NCBI GenBank assembly: GCA_973895155.1
Contig: OZ316891.1
Span: 3,423,801-3,487,800 of the forward strand
From: Marsupella aquatica
Lineage: Eukaryota; Plantae; Marchantiophyta
DNA length: 64,000 nt
Direction: 5' to 3'
Below are positions 40,641 to 52,497 of this stretch, one piece after another. Every line of letters starts with the position of its first letter. The first letter of the stretch is position 1. The position numbers and the translations under genes are program-made. Below the pieces are notes generated by a model. It was not told where the DNA came from, did not search any database, and worked only from the letters and a program-made list of their open reading frames with translations.

Positions 40641-41147
40641 CATGTCAACTGGAAATGAATGATGAAGACCCCACTATACTACTTGGAATGAACTCACTCT
40701 TGTGCACAAATAACACATTTCATTCATGTTTTATTGTGTACTTGGAATGAACTCACTCTATAAGGTCACCATTCACCATGTTAACATTAGAACCTCACAC
40801 AAATTTTCAGAAAGCCATCTTCTATACCATGTACACTAATATGAATTCACAGATTCAAACATCATAGACTACAAAGAAGGTCACAAAGCATTCGTCTATA
40901 CCATACACACTAATACTGAATTGATACAAAACAGATTCAAGTATCATAGACAATCACCATAGAGCCATAGTTTGACATCAATCACTTGTTTCATACATAC
41001 AGAATTCAGAAATATCAATGTCACACACAACGGCTCCTTCATCCTCTTTACCAAATGGAAAAATTGGTACAGATATTTCTTGGATTTTTCCAAGGCAATG
41101 TCAAAATGTAACACAATTCACATGATTCTATCTACACTTGTATTCAG

Positions 41148-44100
41148 TCACTGCAGACTAACACACTCTGATGGCCAGAGCACAAGAGATCCTACTGCAT
41201 CTGCAATTATTTCTTGAGGTGGATCATCGTCTCTATTCGGAAATGGCAAATTACAATCAGATACAATCATTGTAGTCAACAACACTACTACATGGTCATC
41301 CGGGACCACTTTGCCATGGAATTTAGCATGATCCGGTCGCAAAATGCCTGTACCCACACATACCTGCGAGTCATTCTCCCATGATAGAAGATTATGGACT
41401 GGCTCTGCTGTGGCTATCACCTCCACCTTACCCTGGCTGTTTTTCTTGGCTTTCCTGGGTGGCTTATACATGACATTATTCATACCTTGGTTGCGAGTCA
41501 TGACTTTGGCACGAGTGTTTTGTGCTGGTGATCGAGAATTGGCTACACTCTTCTTCAAAGAATCTGCATCCATATTTGACACTTCCGATTGTGTAGCAGG
41601 ATTTCCCTGCGACATCATCTCAGTATCTGCTAACATTGTACTTGCTTCAATTGAAGCATCTACAATCTTACTTGCATCCAATGTTGCTCCCAAGTTTCGA
41701 CGTCGCTTCACCCTGCTCCCACTTGGTTGAGAGTCTGTCAACTCTGCATCAACTACAATTCAATGCATTGTCCAACATAAGTGAATCACTCATCACATGT
41801 GCGCCATGTACATGTCACCATCCACAAAGTTGTCACTATCTCCTTACCATTATGAACAGCCTTCTTCCCCTTCTTTGCCATTGCCATATCCTCCATGTCT
41901 GCTTCTGCTGATCAATAAACAGACCACAAGATTCAAGTTCAATCTATTAACCACTGAATTGTTTCTCAACAATGGTAGGAGAGGAATTTAAAGCATCAGC
42001 TTACCTGATACCTCCTTGGCTATGGTCACTGAGGCACTGGGCACATCTTTTTCATTGCTCTTTGAATCACCTGATACATCAATCATGATGTCACTTCAAT
42101 TCCCAGTTTATCCAACCAATTCTTACAGAAAAGATTACCTCCAACCGGCTTAAGCTTCACAAAACTCCATGCACTTTTCAAATGTAATGTACTGGATCAT
42201 AGCAGGTTACCTGTCTCAGCAACCTTTTTGCCATTCTGCTTACCGATTACAGGGTCCAGGTTCTCTGCCTCCACTCTTCCTGCATTCAAACCATTCACTC
42301 AATTCATGAAAACTTACTTCTAACATTTGAACATAGGACACAATGAACAATGGGCCTCTCTTGTTTCAAAATCCTCATTGCATACCTGTGTCAGATTTGC
42401 CAATTCCCTTTTTTGTTAACAAGGGCACACTTTGTACAATGTTGCCCTCATTGTTTGGTTGGGAACCACCCAATTTTTCAATCACAAGCTTGAAATTAGA
42501 TTCCACTGATGCAAGAAGGTTCGCTACAGATGCCTCCACAATATCCAAACGATCAGCCAATTTACTTTCCACTCGAGGGAGTCCACACTCTAATGACTTC
42601 AACCGTTCAGACATCTTTGTGAGAGTTGTAACAGTTCCCTGTCATAACACAGTTTACATATCTCAGATAATTGTCCCCAAGAACTGGTTGCTTACTTCCT
42701 ACTACAATTCTTTCTGATGCTCAAGGCCAAATAGTCACAGAACATATAGAATTACAACATAATCACCTGTTTGGAAGTCACACTTGTCACCTCACTCCTT
42801 TGTTTCATGAACTCCTCTCTCACTTCTTGTGCTGATGGTTCTTCACCTGTCAATTTCTTCTGCAGTCCACATCAACATACATATGAATGAAACCAAGTGT
42901 TGATTGTCAATGAAAATGTAATAATGGTAGCAAGATGATAAGTTTGAGGCTTACTATTAGGCATGTCACTGCCTTACCAATTGTTCTTTCACTGGAGCAT
43001 AACTTCCTCTCCCAGCCTGTGAAAGGTGTTTCACTTTGCCTCGAGCATTTGACATCAGTTCACTCTTGCTCTGTCCAGCCTCCGACATGAACCCTTTGAT
43101 TAACCGTGTCCATTGATCCAGTTCCAATGATGGGGGTGGTGGCATTCTCCTGTTAGAACCATTGTCTATCCACATCCTTTTCAACCTATGCCTCTCTTGT
43201 TTCAAAATCCTCATTGCATAATCTGATATGCAATCTTCAACTGGGCCCTTACCATCATTACCAACATAGTCCCACCGTTCAAGAATGTCCTTGCAGATAG
43301 CAGCCCAATCAGCTTTGTTCTGACTCCTAAACTCTGTAATGCTCAAATCTAACCAACGCAATACTTCTCCTCTTAGGTCAGAATGCCAACGGTTCTTACC
43401 ATCACATGTGGGAGTTATCCAACCTTCGGAATTCACTTCTACTTTACCAAATTTGTTACTGTCTCCTGCCTTGGTACTCCCTGAAGCGCTACTAGGTGTC
43501 CCTCCACGGCCTGGTGTCCCCCCACGGCCTGGGGTCCCTCCACGGCCTGATCTCCCCCCACGGCCTGGATTGCATTGTCCAAACCTCCCTGGAGTCCCTG
43601 CACATTTACAGGATCCATTTACAGTCACTTACATTAGGTAAGTATGAATCATAAATCCTGCTGCCAAATATACACTGGACTTCAGAGCAATTCTGCAATG
43701 ACCAAGTTACCTCTCCCTTGGCGCATAGATGGTTCTGGACCACCTGTCCTATTGCTTTGTCTTGATGAATTAGGGCCGTTTCTCCCGCCTGTGAATGATT
43801 GCCGCCTATCTGAACGTGGATGGCCTTTGTTGTTTTCGTGATTGTCCCAATCAGAGTCTGCATACCAACAGGTACATGCCACACTCATGGACCTGTAAGA
43901 TAAACTCTTTGCCCTAGCTACACATCAGATAAGTCCATATTGAGCTAAATCTCTACTACCATCACAAAATCACTAGCACAAGGCACTTACTTGTCCAATC
44001 ATCCTCCTCACCTGTCCATTGCCCTCTGTACCCGTCTCTACCACGCTCTGGGTGTTCATATTCATCCCATCCATCTTCTGCTCCATCATAGTCATCATCA

Positions 44101-44333
44101 TAATTATCAGGCGTCCCTTGCCAATAACTCTGGCTCCTTCTAGGGTATGGATTATGTGATTTCTCTCTAGCTGCCCACCTACCTGGGACTTGATGAGGGC
44201 CCTGTGCATCCTGCACAGGTGCATTTTTCTGTGAGCCCCCTGCATCTGGGTCTCCATCCATATCCAATCTTTCCTCTTCACCCCACTCTCCAAGCCCCAT
44301 GTCTGTCTCCATGTCATCACCCTCTTCCCCCAT
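41148..44333 (-). CDS. CACTA TnpA-like (ORF2, Ptta/En/Spm Transposase_24-like) multi-exon gene
   Basis: Exon ORFs 43962-44333, 43682-43888, 42966-43628 (W..L...F.SE..Q.KSE..S.ARGK.KH...AGRGSY), 42375-42614, 41148-41741 (C-terminal GTG..FHG..VP....VV...LPFP...DAVGSLVLWP); GRGGTP repeats. Exact exon borders not all resolved. Confidence 0.75.
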
Positions 44334-44510
44334 AGCTTCTGCACAGCACCCACAACCAAACAGGGAGAATCAGCACACTAAATTCAAAGTATCAATCAAT
44401 TTCATGCATATCCAACTATCCTAAACATCATTCCAGGCAGCAATTCCCGTTCTGTGACTCTGTGCAGGTAGTCATCCTCAACCTCATACTTGCCAATCGC
44501 CAGCTGTTGC

Positions 44511-47500
44511 CTATTGCAAATCATCAACCTCATCATATTCCATTTGCCCAGGTTCATCATATGTCTCTCTCAATGTTAAGGGGATGTAGTCAGTCCCTGC
44601 CCGAGTTGGAAGTACAGTCTCATGACTAGGATGCTCGAATGCAGCATGGTCATCCAAACTGAACTCTACTTTACTTCCATCCATCCGCCTGTTCCGTGCT
44701 TGGCTATGGCATACCACCCTCCAGCCATGTGACTCCTCCACATCTGCAAAGAAAGCCTGTTCAACTTGGCTAGGGAAAACAAAAGGCTCAGACCATTCTG
44801 GTACTCTGGACCTAAAATTGGCCAACAAGAACCCATCATGATCACGCTTCATGGTGGCCCTTGGTCTCTGCCACTCTGATTTCACCCATGATCCCTTCAT
44901 CAATATCACTGGGACACTTGTGTTACCATAATTCAACACCCAAATGTCGGTCAACTCCCCCACGTAACCCATCTTCATCCACCCCCTCTGTTCTTCAGAG
45001 GTTCTCTGCTCAAACACAGAAATCAAACCACAATCATATGATACACAATGGTCACCCTGCTCATCCCTCACTCGATAATGATTTCCATAAGCTCTCATCC
45101 GTTTGTAGGTCAGAATAGACAATCGTGGTGGCACAGATAGAAGATACAAATCCTTCTCCATATCTGGGTGATGTCTACTATGCTCTCGAATTGTCACCCG
45201 AATCCACTGCTCGAACTGTGGGAAGGGATCCTGCTGCCCAGAGTGTGCAGCTTTTTGCATATCATATTCCCTGCAATATGAGGTACAGGCATAGTTAGGT
45301 CTAAACAACACATGACAACCTAAGATCACCCTTGGAATAGACAAGAAGCATCACAACAAAGGCAAGTCAATTCAATCACTCACCTCCACCATGGTTGCAT
45401 AGGCTCTGTGTTTGCCAGCACATATGAATGAGCCTTGTCTCGAATCGCAACAGGCAGCTGAACAACACGTCCCACACCTTCAACAACCTCGCCACTCACT
45501 CCATCATCTTCACCAGATTTCCAAACTCTTGTCATAGCTTCACCAGACCCAGCCATGTACTCTGTTAGGAATCCCAACGTCTCATCCTTAATGTACCCCA
45601 ATGCCATGGAAGCCTCTGGCCTGTAGTATGTTCTCACATGACCTTTCAACAACTTCATGTATCGCTCCATAGGGTACATCCATCTGGTATTGACTGGCCC
45701 ATACTGCCCTAGCTCTTCTACCACATGGATTAGGAGATGAGTCATAACATCAAAGAAAGCAGGGGGGAAGTATATCTCCAAGTCACAGAGGACATAAGCA
45801 GCATCCTGCTTCAACTGCTCCAATCCTTGGGGATCCCACACTTTCACACATATACGGCGAAATACATTGCACAGTCGAAGAATGACATTACGGACTGGTT
45901 TCTGCATGAGACCTCTGAGGCATAGGGGCAGAATGTGCTGCATCAACACATGGTAGTCATGTGTTTTCATACTGCCAAGTTTATTCTTTGTAATATGCTT
46001 CTTGAAGGCACCAGCATAGCCAGAGGGCACTTTCAGACAGCTCAATCTATACAAGAATGTCTTCCATTCATCCTGTGTGCACACATAGGGAGCTTGGAAC
46101 TTGAGAAGTACATTGGGATTGCTTGCATGGGGCTTCAACCAAAGGTGAGGGCGAATCCCCTTCTGTTGCATATCAGCTCGAACTGCTCCTGTATCTTTCT
46201 CACCCGACAAGAACTTCAGCAAGCTCTCACAAATATTTTTCTCAATGTGCATGACGTCCACATTGTGTTTGCTGGGCTCGAATTCCTGCACTCCACAAAG
46301 CAAAGAATTCAACAACAGAAACACTAATTAACCACATAGGAGGATTGTAACCAACATCAATCCACCATTGCTCCAATCTAAAATTGCAATCATACAGGGG
46401 CTGGAGGCTAAGTACATTACCCTCCAGTACTCCAACTCCAAGTCCATCAAGGTCTGTCTTTTCACACCGTGTTTCACCACTGGATCCTCAGGTTCTCGAT
46501 CAGTGGCACTTCTCTTGTCCCAATCAGCCTTCCTGGCTGCCCACCTCAGGACTTGCTCTCTGGTGACCCTCTGTGGTGGGCCACGAAGCTCTGTTTTGTT
46601 GTTGAAGTGTGCAATTTGAGACCGTGTGTGCCTGTAAGGATGATCAACAGGCAGATACCTTCTATGCCCCTGAAATTTCATACTGTGCAGGGCATGCGAC
46701 CACTCACTTGTCACATTTTTCCCACATGGTGTGCACCCCACATAGCCCTTTGTCACTCGTCCAGATATGATGCCATGGCCTGGGTAATCTGCTATATCCA
46801 GCAAACAAATTGCATGCAGTCTAAAGGGGCTGGGTCGAAGAAGCCCCTTCAGAACATCATGGGTTAACACCCCTTCTATCCACAAAGTCTTCCACTCTTC
46901 CACTGCTGGAGCCAACATGATATCTATGAATTGCTCGGTCACAGAAGCTGGTCCAGGGATTAACAGCACCATCATGACAAAAAACCTCTTTGTAGTCATC
47001 CATGGGGGAAGGTTGTAATTTAGCAGCGTAACCGGCCAACATGAATAACGGTTGTTTTTGTCTCCAAATGGGTTTACTCCATCCAGTGATAGACCAAATC
47101 GAAAGTTCCGCTTCTCTGCAGCAAACTGTGGCCACCTCTCATCAACAAATTTCCAATGGTTGGAATCTCCAATGTGACGCTGCAGGCCATCACTGCTCTT
47201 GTTATCAGGAGTCCATGTCATCAGCTTGGAAATGGCAGGGCATCTAAACAGACGTTGTAGTCTAGGAATGAGAGGAAAATGACGAAGAACCTTGGCAGGG
47301 TGTGTACATTTCCCTACATTCTTGTACCTGTGCTTACCACAATGAGGGCATGTCAATTTATCTGCATGCTCTTTGCGAAAGAGAACACACCCATCAGGGC
47401 ATGCGTCAATAGACACATAGTTCAGCCCAAGGTTAGACATCAATTTCCTAGCCTCGTACATATTTTTTGGAATTGAATTACCATCTGGTAACACATTTCG

Positions 47501-48211
47501 GCGCAGGAAGGTCAACAACTCTGTCACAAATATATTGGGAACATTGTGATTGCCACAGATGTTCAACAACAACACGACAAAACCCAGCTTGGAGCAGTTC
47601 GACCCCTCGTAGATAGGAATGCAAGCTTCTTTGATGTGTTTTGGGCCCCCAAACACCCACTCCCTCTCTGCTGCACCTTCCCCAATGTCAAAGTCAGGTT
47701 CAGCTTGGCCGTCGCCAATGTGTGGCTGCGGTTCATTGTCCTCTTCTGATTCCACTGTGTCGTAAAAAGCATCAAGGTCTTCAAAAATCTCTTGAACCAT
47801 TCTTGGGACATCCATCCCACCGTCCTCAGTGACTGCCTCTGCATCTCCATCTTGGTCATCCACGTTCTCATGTTGGACCCCAGGACCATCCTCTGCACAG
47901 TCTATGTCCTGCTCTACGTAGTCTCTACGCCTAGCTGTATTAGAATCCACAAAGTCAGCTCTCCACTCTTCATCAGAGGAGTCTTCTTCTGCTGGTACAT
48001 TCCAAACCCTCCACCGAGGGTGCCTTTCATGCCGCAGCAGGTGAAGGTGCACAGTGTTCAAACTCAATGACTTGAATCCTTGGCACTGTGTGCATGGGCA
48101 TCTCATCCTCCTACTCCTACCTTGGGCGGCCCGGGCTTGTTCACGCATCCACAATTTAGAATCATGATGCCTAATCCTAAATGGGTTGTGAAGAGGCAAC
48201 CTTGGAGCCAT
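44511..48211 (-). CDS. CACTA TNP2/TnpD transposase, 1150 aa; exons 48211-46421, 46285-45384, 45270-44511
   Basis: MRCPCTQC, IDACPDGC, RFGLSLDGVNPF, YSCWPV, YNLPPW, DYPG, HNVDVMHIEKNICES, FPPAFFDVMTHL, WMYPMERY, EPFVFPSQVEQAFF. GT-AG introns join an open frame with no stops. Confidence 0.93.
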
Positions 48212-48538
48212 CACTATACACACGCACTCAGCACCCTGTCATTTTATTATGCAAGTGAAAAATACACTTCCTGTTAAGGATTTCACCCCCGACTGTACTT
48301 GCCAAAATACGTAACGTTCCAAAAAAACCAAAAAACAAAAAATATAGGTGCCTGAGTCATGTACCTATTCTCAAGTGAATGAGACAAAATTCCTAAATGT
48401 TTGAGGATGTCAACTCCTCCGCTGTCCTCACATGTACTGCCTCTGCACGTACATCCATGACCATATCAGAGTCCAATCATGTATAGTCATAGACACAGGT
48501 GCCAGGTGCGAGACCGGGTGTGAGATGTCCTCATCTTA

Positions 48539-49072
48539 CTACCACATCAAATACGGATACCAATCTTGTTGTCGATGCCACTCAGCCCTGAGGTACTCAG
48601 GCATGTACATTAAGTCATCAAGGTCTAAACCCTGCTCATGCCATGGTGGTCTTCGATCCGTGCCTACAAGCAGTGGCAGCAGTGCCCTCCATGGTGCACA
48701 TGTTGCTACCAAGTCCCTCCACTGGGTACTAATTAGTCTATATTTGCAGATATCTTGTGCGCCAGACACCACAAGAACCCTCGGCCAGACATGTGTAAGA
48801 ACTATATCATCTGCCAAATCAGGCAACAAGGAACCACCTACAGCATCGTGCTTGTCTAACTCATCTGCTGAAAAGTAAATGTCCTCTTCCGACTGTGCAT
48901 CCTCATTCACCACAGCATTCACAACACATCCAAGGTCTGCAGGCATTATCTCGGATGGAGCTACACTCTGTCTGGTTACCAATCCACACAAGTAAGCCCA
49001 AGCAGTAGCCATGCACGATGCAACCCGTAGGAGGACCCTACACAGGGCCTGACGGTCTGGAAGAGGCAGCAT
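48539..49072 (-). CDS. CACTA cargo: F-box-like protein lacking a substrate-binding domain
   Basis: LLPDLADDIVLTHVWPRV...CKYRLISTQWRDLV matches the F-box consensus (LP.LPDD......RV....R.VS..WR.LV); start codon uncertain. Confidence 0.55.
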   Translation of the reverse strand: MLPLPDRQALCRVLLRVASCMATAWAYLCGLVTRQSVAPSEIMPADLGCVVNAVVNEDAQSEEDIYFSADELDKHDAVGGSLLPDLADDIVLTHVWPRVLVVSGAQDICKYRLISTQWRDLVATCAPWRALLPLLVGTDRRPPWHEQGLDLDDLMYMPEYLRAEWHRQQDWYPYLMW

Positions 49073-49248
49073 ACCCACCAAAGTCTTCAGCCAAACAGAG
49101 CCCAGCAAGTAGATTCACAGTCACACCCCACGCAGCAGGAAACAACAATCACTTCAACTGCGACCAACCATGACAAGATGAGTTAGTTCAAGGATCACAT
49201 TTATTACAAAATTGTGATTTATACAAAAATATGAGGGACTCCTACTCC

Positions 49249-50097
49249 TCACTCTCTCCCACCTTTGCTAAGCATACATCTCCGCTGAATCTTGGAGGGC
49301 CAGGCCTCAAAAATATCAAAGTCCCAAGCATTCTGTCGCTTCCCTCTAGCTGCTGATTCCAGAAGCCAATCAGGGGAAAGCACCCAAAGATTGTTGTTCA
49401 TGACAAAATCACGCACTGTTGTCTTAAAGATTTTTCTGCATATTTTCATGTATGACAGACCTACAACATGAGTGGAGGTTTCTGTTAGACTCTCCTCCAC
49501 TGTCCCACCTAGCTCAACAACTATAGACTTGTACAGTCTGCACTTAGTCTCCCCAATTCCTTCTTCTGCAAATACCACACTGAACCCCTTCATAATGGTA
49601 TTTCTCTCCTTGCCATGCTCATTCAATATAGCATCTGCACGCATAGGATGGTGTCCTATGTTGACAACAGGTCCATATTGGACAGAAGCAAAGTTGGGTT
49701 TCTCTGCCGCTGCTTCATAGGCTTCCTTTTCAGCCAAAGCCTCTGCAGTGGCCTCCTCACTCTCCCACAACTCATATTGCTCAGTACTCTGTACACACCT
49801 ATGTTTAACAGAATCGGTCAGCCAAGAGACTTCAACTACTTTTAGACCTTGGTTGGTAATGGCAGAATCAATGAAGGACCATGACCACTTGTTCATCACA
49901 TCCAGCCATGTCCCCGCAACAACATGTGTAGTCTGTGGAGTGATGTCCTTGACTTCAGTCCCATGGAACTCTGAGAATCGTTTTTGTACGATTGGCCAAC
50001 TCACTTGGGTGAACCCATAGTGGCCAGGAATCAAAATGGCTTTGATTCCAGCCAACAGAGGCGGGTGGTCAACATTTGTACGTTTCCTAGAGGCCAT
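49249..50097 (-). CDS. CACTA cargo: tandem BRCT-domain protein (DNA polymerase lambda-like BRCT)
   Basis: Two repeats, each with G....THVV...W(L)..S: TTHVVAG...VEVSWLTDS and LGGTVEESLTETSTHVVG...LSPDWLLES; intact intronless ORF. Confidence 0.8.
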   Translation of the reverse strand: MASRKRTNVDHPPLLAGIKAILIPGHYGFTQVSWPIVQKRFSEFHGTEVKDITPQTTHVVAGTWLDVMNKWSWSFIDSAITNQGLKVVEVSWLTDSVKHRCVQSTEQYELWESEEATAEALAEKEAYEAAAEKPNFASVQYGPVVNIGHHPMRADAILNEHGKERNTIMKGFSVVFAEEGIGETKCRLYKSIVVELGGTVEESLTETSTHVVGLSYMKICRKIFKTTVRDFVMNNNLWVLSPDWLLESAARGKRQNAWDFDIFEAWPSKIQRRCMLSKGGRE

Positions 50098-50697
50098 GTA
50101 CACACGGGCCACCTAATCACTGCAGACCGGAAGATAATGCGTTCACCTGATAATCGGAGGGCCCTTAAAATGCTGCGTTTATAACTTGGTCCAGTCCAGT
50201 CGTCTGGTGAGTCTCTGCTCCGATTCCAAACGGGAGAAATATTGGGACAAACGTACTAGACACCTGCAAGCATGCACTTCATAGTTTGAATATGTGCCTT
50301 CACAATATTGAAGGTGACAAGTGCAATTGTTTTGTGATGCCACATACAGATGTTTCGTATGGGGGCAGACATTCAATGAGAATACAAAATGTTGGTACAC
50401 TTTAAGGGAATTCTCGCAAATTAAATAGCCTTGTAACTTATATGCTCATAATGAGAAGTCCTGATTTAATTTAAGCAGTGTCATGTAAGTCGTGATCAAA
50501 ATGATTGCAGAGTTAAAAAAGTTCCTAGAAGGCTTAAGGGGAGATTTTGAAGGCATGTACCCAGGAACAAGTAATGAACTTAGGGTACTTGTTGCCTAAG
50601 CATCCTCTCCTACAGAGGTCCTTCTTCTCAAAATTGGAATGTCTGCAATCTCCAAGGTATCCACATCAGGTGCACTATGCATGTACATTATTCAGGT

Positions 50698-51378
50698 TCA
50701 AAGCCAAGAAATGTGATCTCTCATGGGAGTGTGCAAAGTAGGATCTATGGCATGGCGATGACAATAGAAGATCCATCGATCAACACCATGTGCAGAGTGA
50801 TCATAGATGTGTCTGTCACAAGCATAGCCTTCTGCTTGACGCTCCTTCAAACAATGAAAGTGCCACATGGTGGGACACCTAACACAGTGGACTATGTCCA
50901 CCCAGAAATCTTCATCGTGCTGACCACATGCCTTGCACTTATGAAGTGGGCAAGCTGTGGCAAGATCGGGCAAACATGAAAAACAAAAGAACCTCACACA
51001 ATATCTGTCAGGGCATTTCCTAACAAGTGGTGGAGCATCAACAGAGCCCTCATAAGACCCCAACTTCCCACACTGTGCACACTTAGCCTGCTTCTCCAAA
51101 CAATCAGTGCACATCCAGCCTCCTTGGTGTGCTGACGGGAGGCCCACCCCTGGACAGTTGTTTTCTGCAGCAAGGTCAGACTCCGGGTTGAGGTGGAAAT
51201 GCCTCATGCAAGGGCCCTCACATATGGCTAAGTCACCACCATCGTCACAAATGGCACAACAATGAGCTGCCTTCTGGAAAATCTGACTTGCGGAGAAGTT
51301 ACTACCATCTGGCCCAACTACACCTGTGTTGCTCACCTCTGTCCCCCGCTTCTTGGCTCGGATTTTAGGGCGTGCCAT
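50698..51378 (-). CDS. CACTA cargo: stand-alone EDM2-type composite PHD-finger protein, 226 aa
   Basis: CAICDDGGDLAICEGPCMRHFH...CPLHKCKAC...CVRCPTMWHFHCL...FYCHRHAIDPTLHTPMRDH follows the EDM2 PHD pattern including the terminal YCxxHxIDxxLxTPxRDH; basic N-terminus MARPKIRAKKR. Confidence 0.85.
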   Translation of the reverse strand: MARPKIRAKKRGTEVSNTGVVGPDGSNFSASQIFQKAAHCCAICDDGGDLAICEGPCMRHFHLNPESDLAAENNCPGVGLPSAHQGGWMCTDCLEKQAKCAQCGKLGSYEGSVDAPPLVRKCPDRYCVRFFCFSCLPDLATACPLHKCKACGQHDEDFWVDIVHCVRCPTMWHFHCLKERQAEGYACDRHIYDHSAHGVDRWIFYCHRHAIDPTLHTPMRDHISWL

Positions 51379-52047
51379 GCCTACGCATGAGACAGATAGT
51401 ACAATTTAGCAGAGTGCACAGACAATACAATTTAGTGCAGTGTACAAAAAGTACAGTGTAGCATATAGACTAGAGTGGCAATTGCTACTGCAATGAAATG
51501 TTCACACACATGTGCAGAGTAGACATACTTTTTGGTTTGTTGAGCCCACACTAAAAACTGATCCCCTCGTACAATAGCTCCACCTACACCTCAATTTTGT
51601 GGCTATGATTCACCAAAGGAGATCTGCAACAAGATTTAATGCATTTGAATCACATATAACAGTCGTGACATGTAAAACAGGCATTTTTTGAACAGGATTG
51701 GTATCAAGCAGTGTGATCAGGGTTGTAATTTATACATCCTAAATAGGCTATGATAGTGAATGAGACAAATAAGTTAGGCATAAATCACTTTTTCCAGGTT
51801 ATCACATGGCCCATTAATTCCAGTCTTTGAAAGGAGACTTTTAAGTGAGCTTGCTAGCCTCTTAAATTAGGATATTGTACTTAGTGCAGCCATAATAGGA
51901 TAAGTTATGTACTGTTGACCCTAAACCCTGGACCCAAAATTGGTCATAATTCAAAATCTTAAGTAAATATCCTCTCTGTTCAAGTCAAAGTGTTAAGTTA
52001 TAGGTCAATGGTCTCTGGTTTGTGCATGCGGTGTGACAAGTGGTCCT

Positions 52048-52497
52048 CTAGAGCGTGTGATCCAAACATGTGTAGACACCAAAGTGACCGGTGGTGGGGT
52101 CTGGGAGGGCAGGACAAGTGACATTGCCAGGCACACTGCAGGATGGCGAGTGGTTCCAGATGATACATTGTGCTCTGTGAAAAAACCGACATCCAAGAGA
52201 ACGGTCATCCAACTCTAGGCCAGAAGCCCTACAGGCAGGACAGTCATATTGGCAACTGTGCACACACCCTTGGGCCCTAATTTGTGGCGGGTCATGTACA
52301 AGAGACAGAAATACCAAGGATGTTGGGAAGGGTGGAGAAGCAGGTACAGGCCGACTGTAGTTGTTCCTGGCAACAACTGGGTACTCAAAGTACCATGCAG
52401 ACTGGGCTGGAAGGATCCCAAGTCTGACATACTCAAGGCGCAACATCTCTGCCTTGCGTGCAAGCCGCACATGTTCAGCGTTGCGGGTCCTCACCAT
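52048..52497 (-). CDS. CACTA cargo: possible Cys/His-rich small protein, 149 aa
   Basis: ATG-initiated ORF co-oriented with other cargo; CVHSCQYDCPAC...CRFFHRAQC...HSPSC; no family recognised. Confidence 0.3.
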   Translation of the reverse strand: MVRTRNAEHVRLARKAEMLRLEYVRLGILPAQSAWYFEYPVVARNNYSRPVPASPPFPTSLVFLSLVHDPPQIRAQGCVHSCQYDCPACRASGLELDDRSLGCRFFHRAQCIIWNHSPSCSVPGNVTCPALPDPTTGHFGVYTCLDHTL

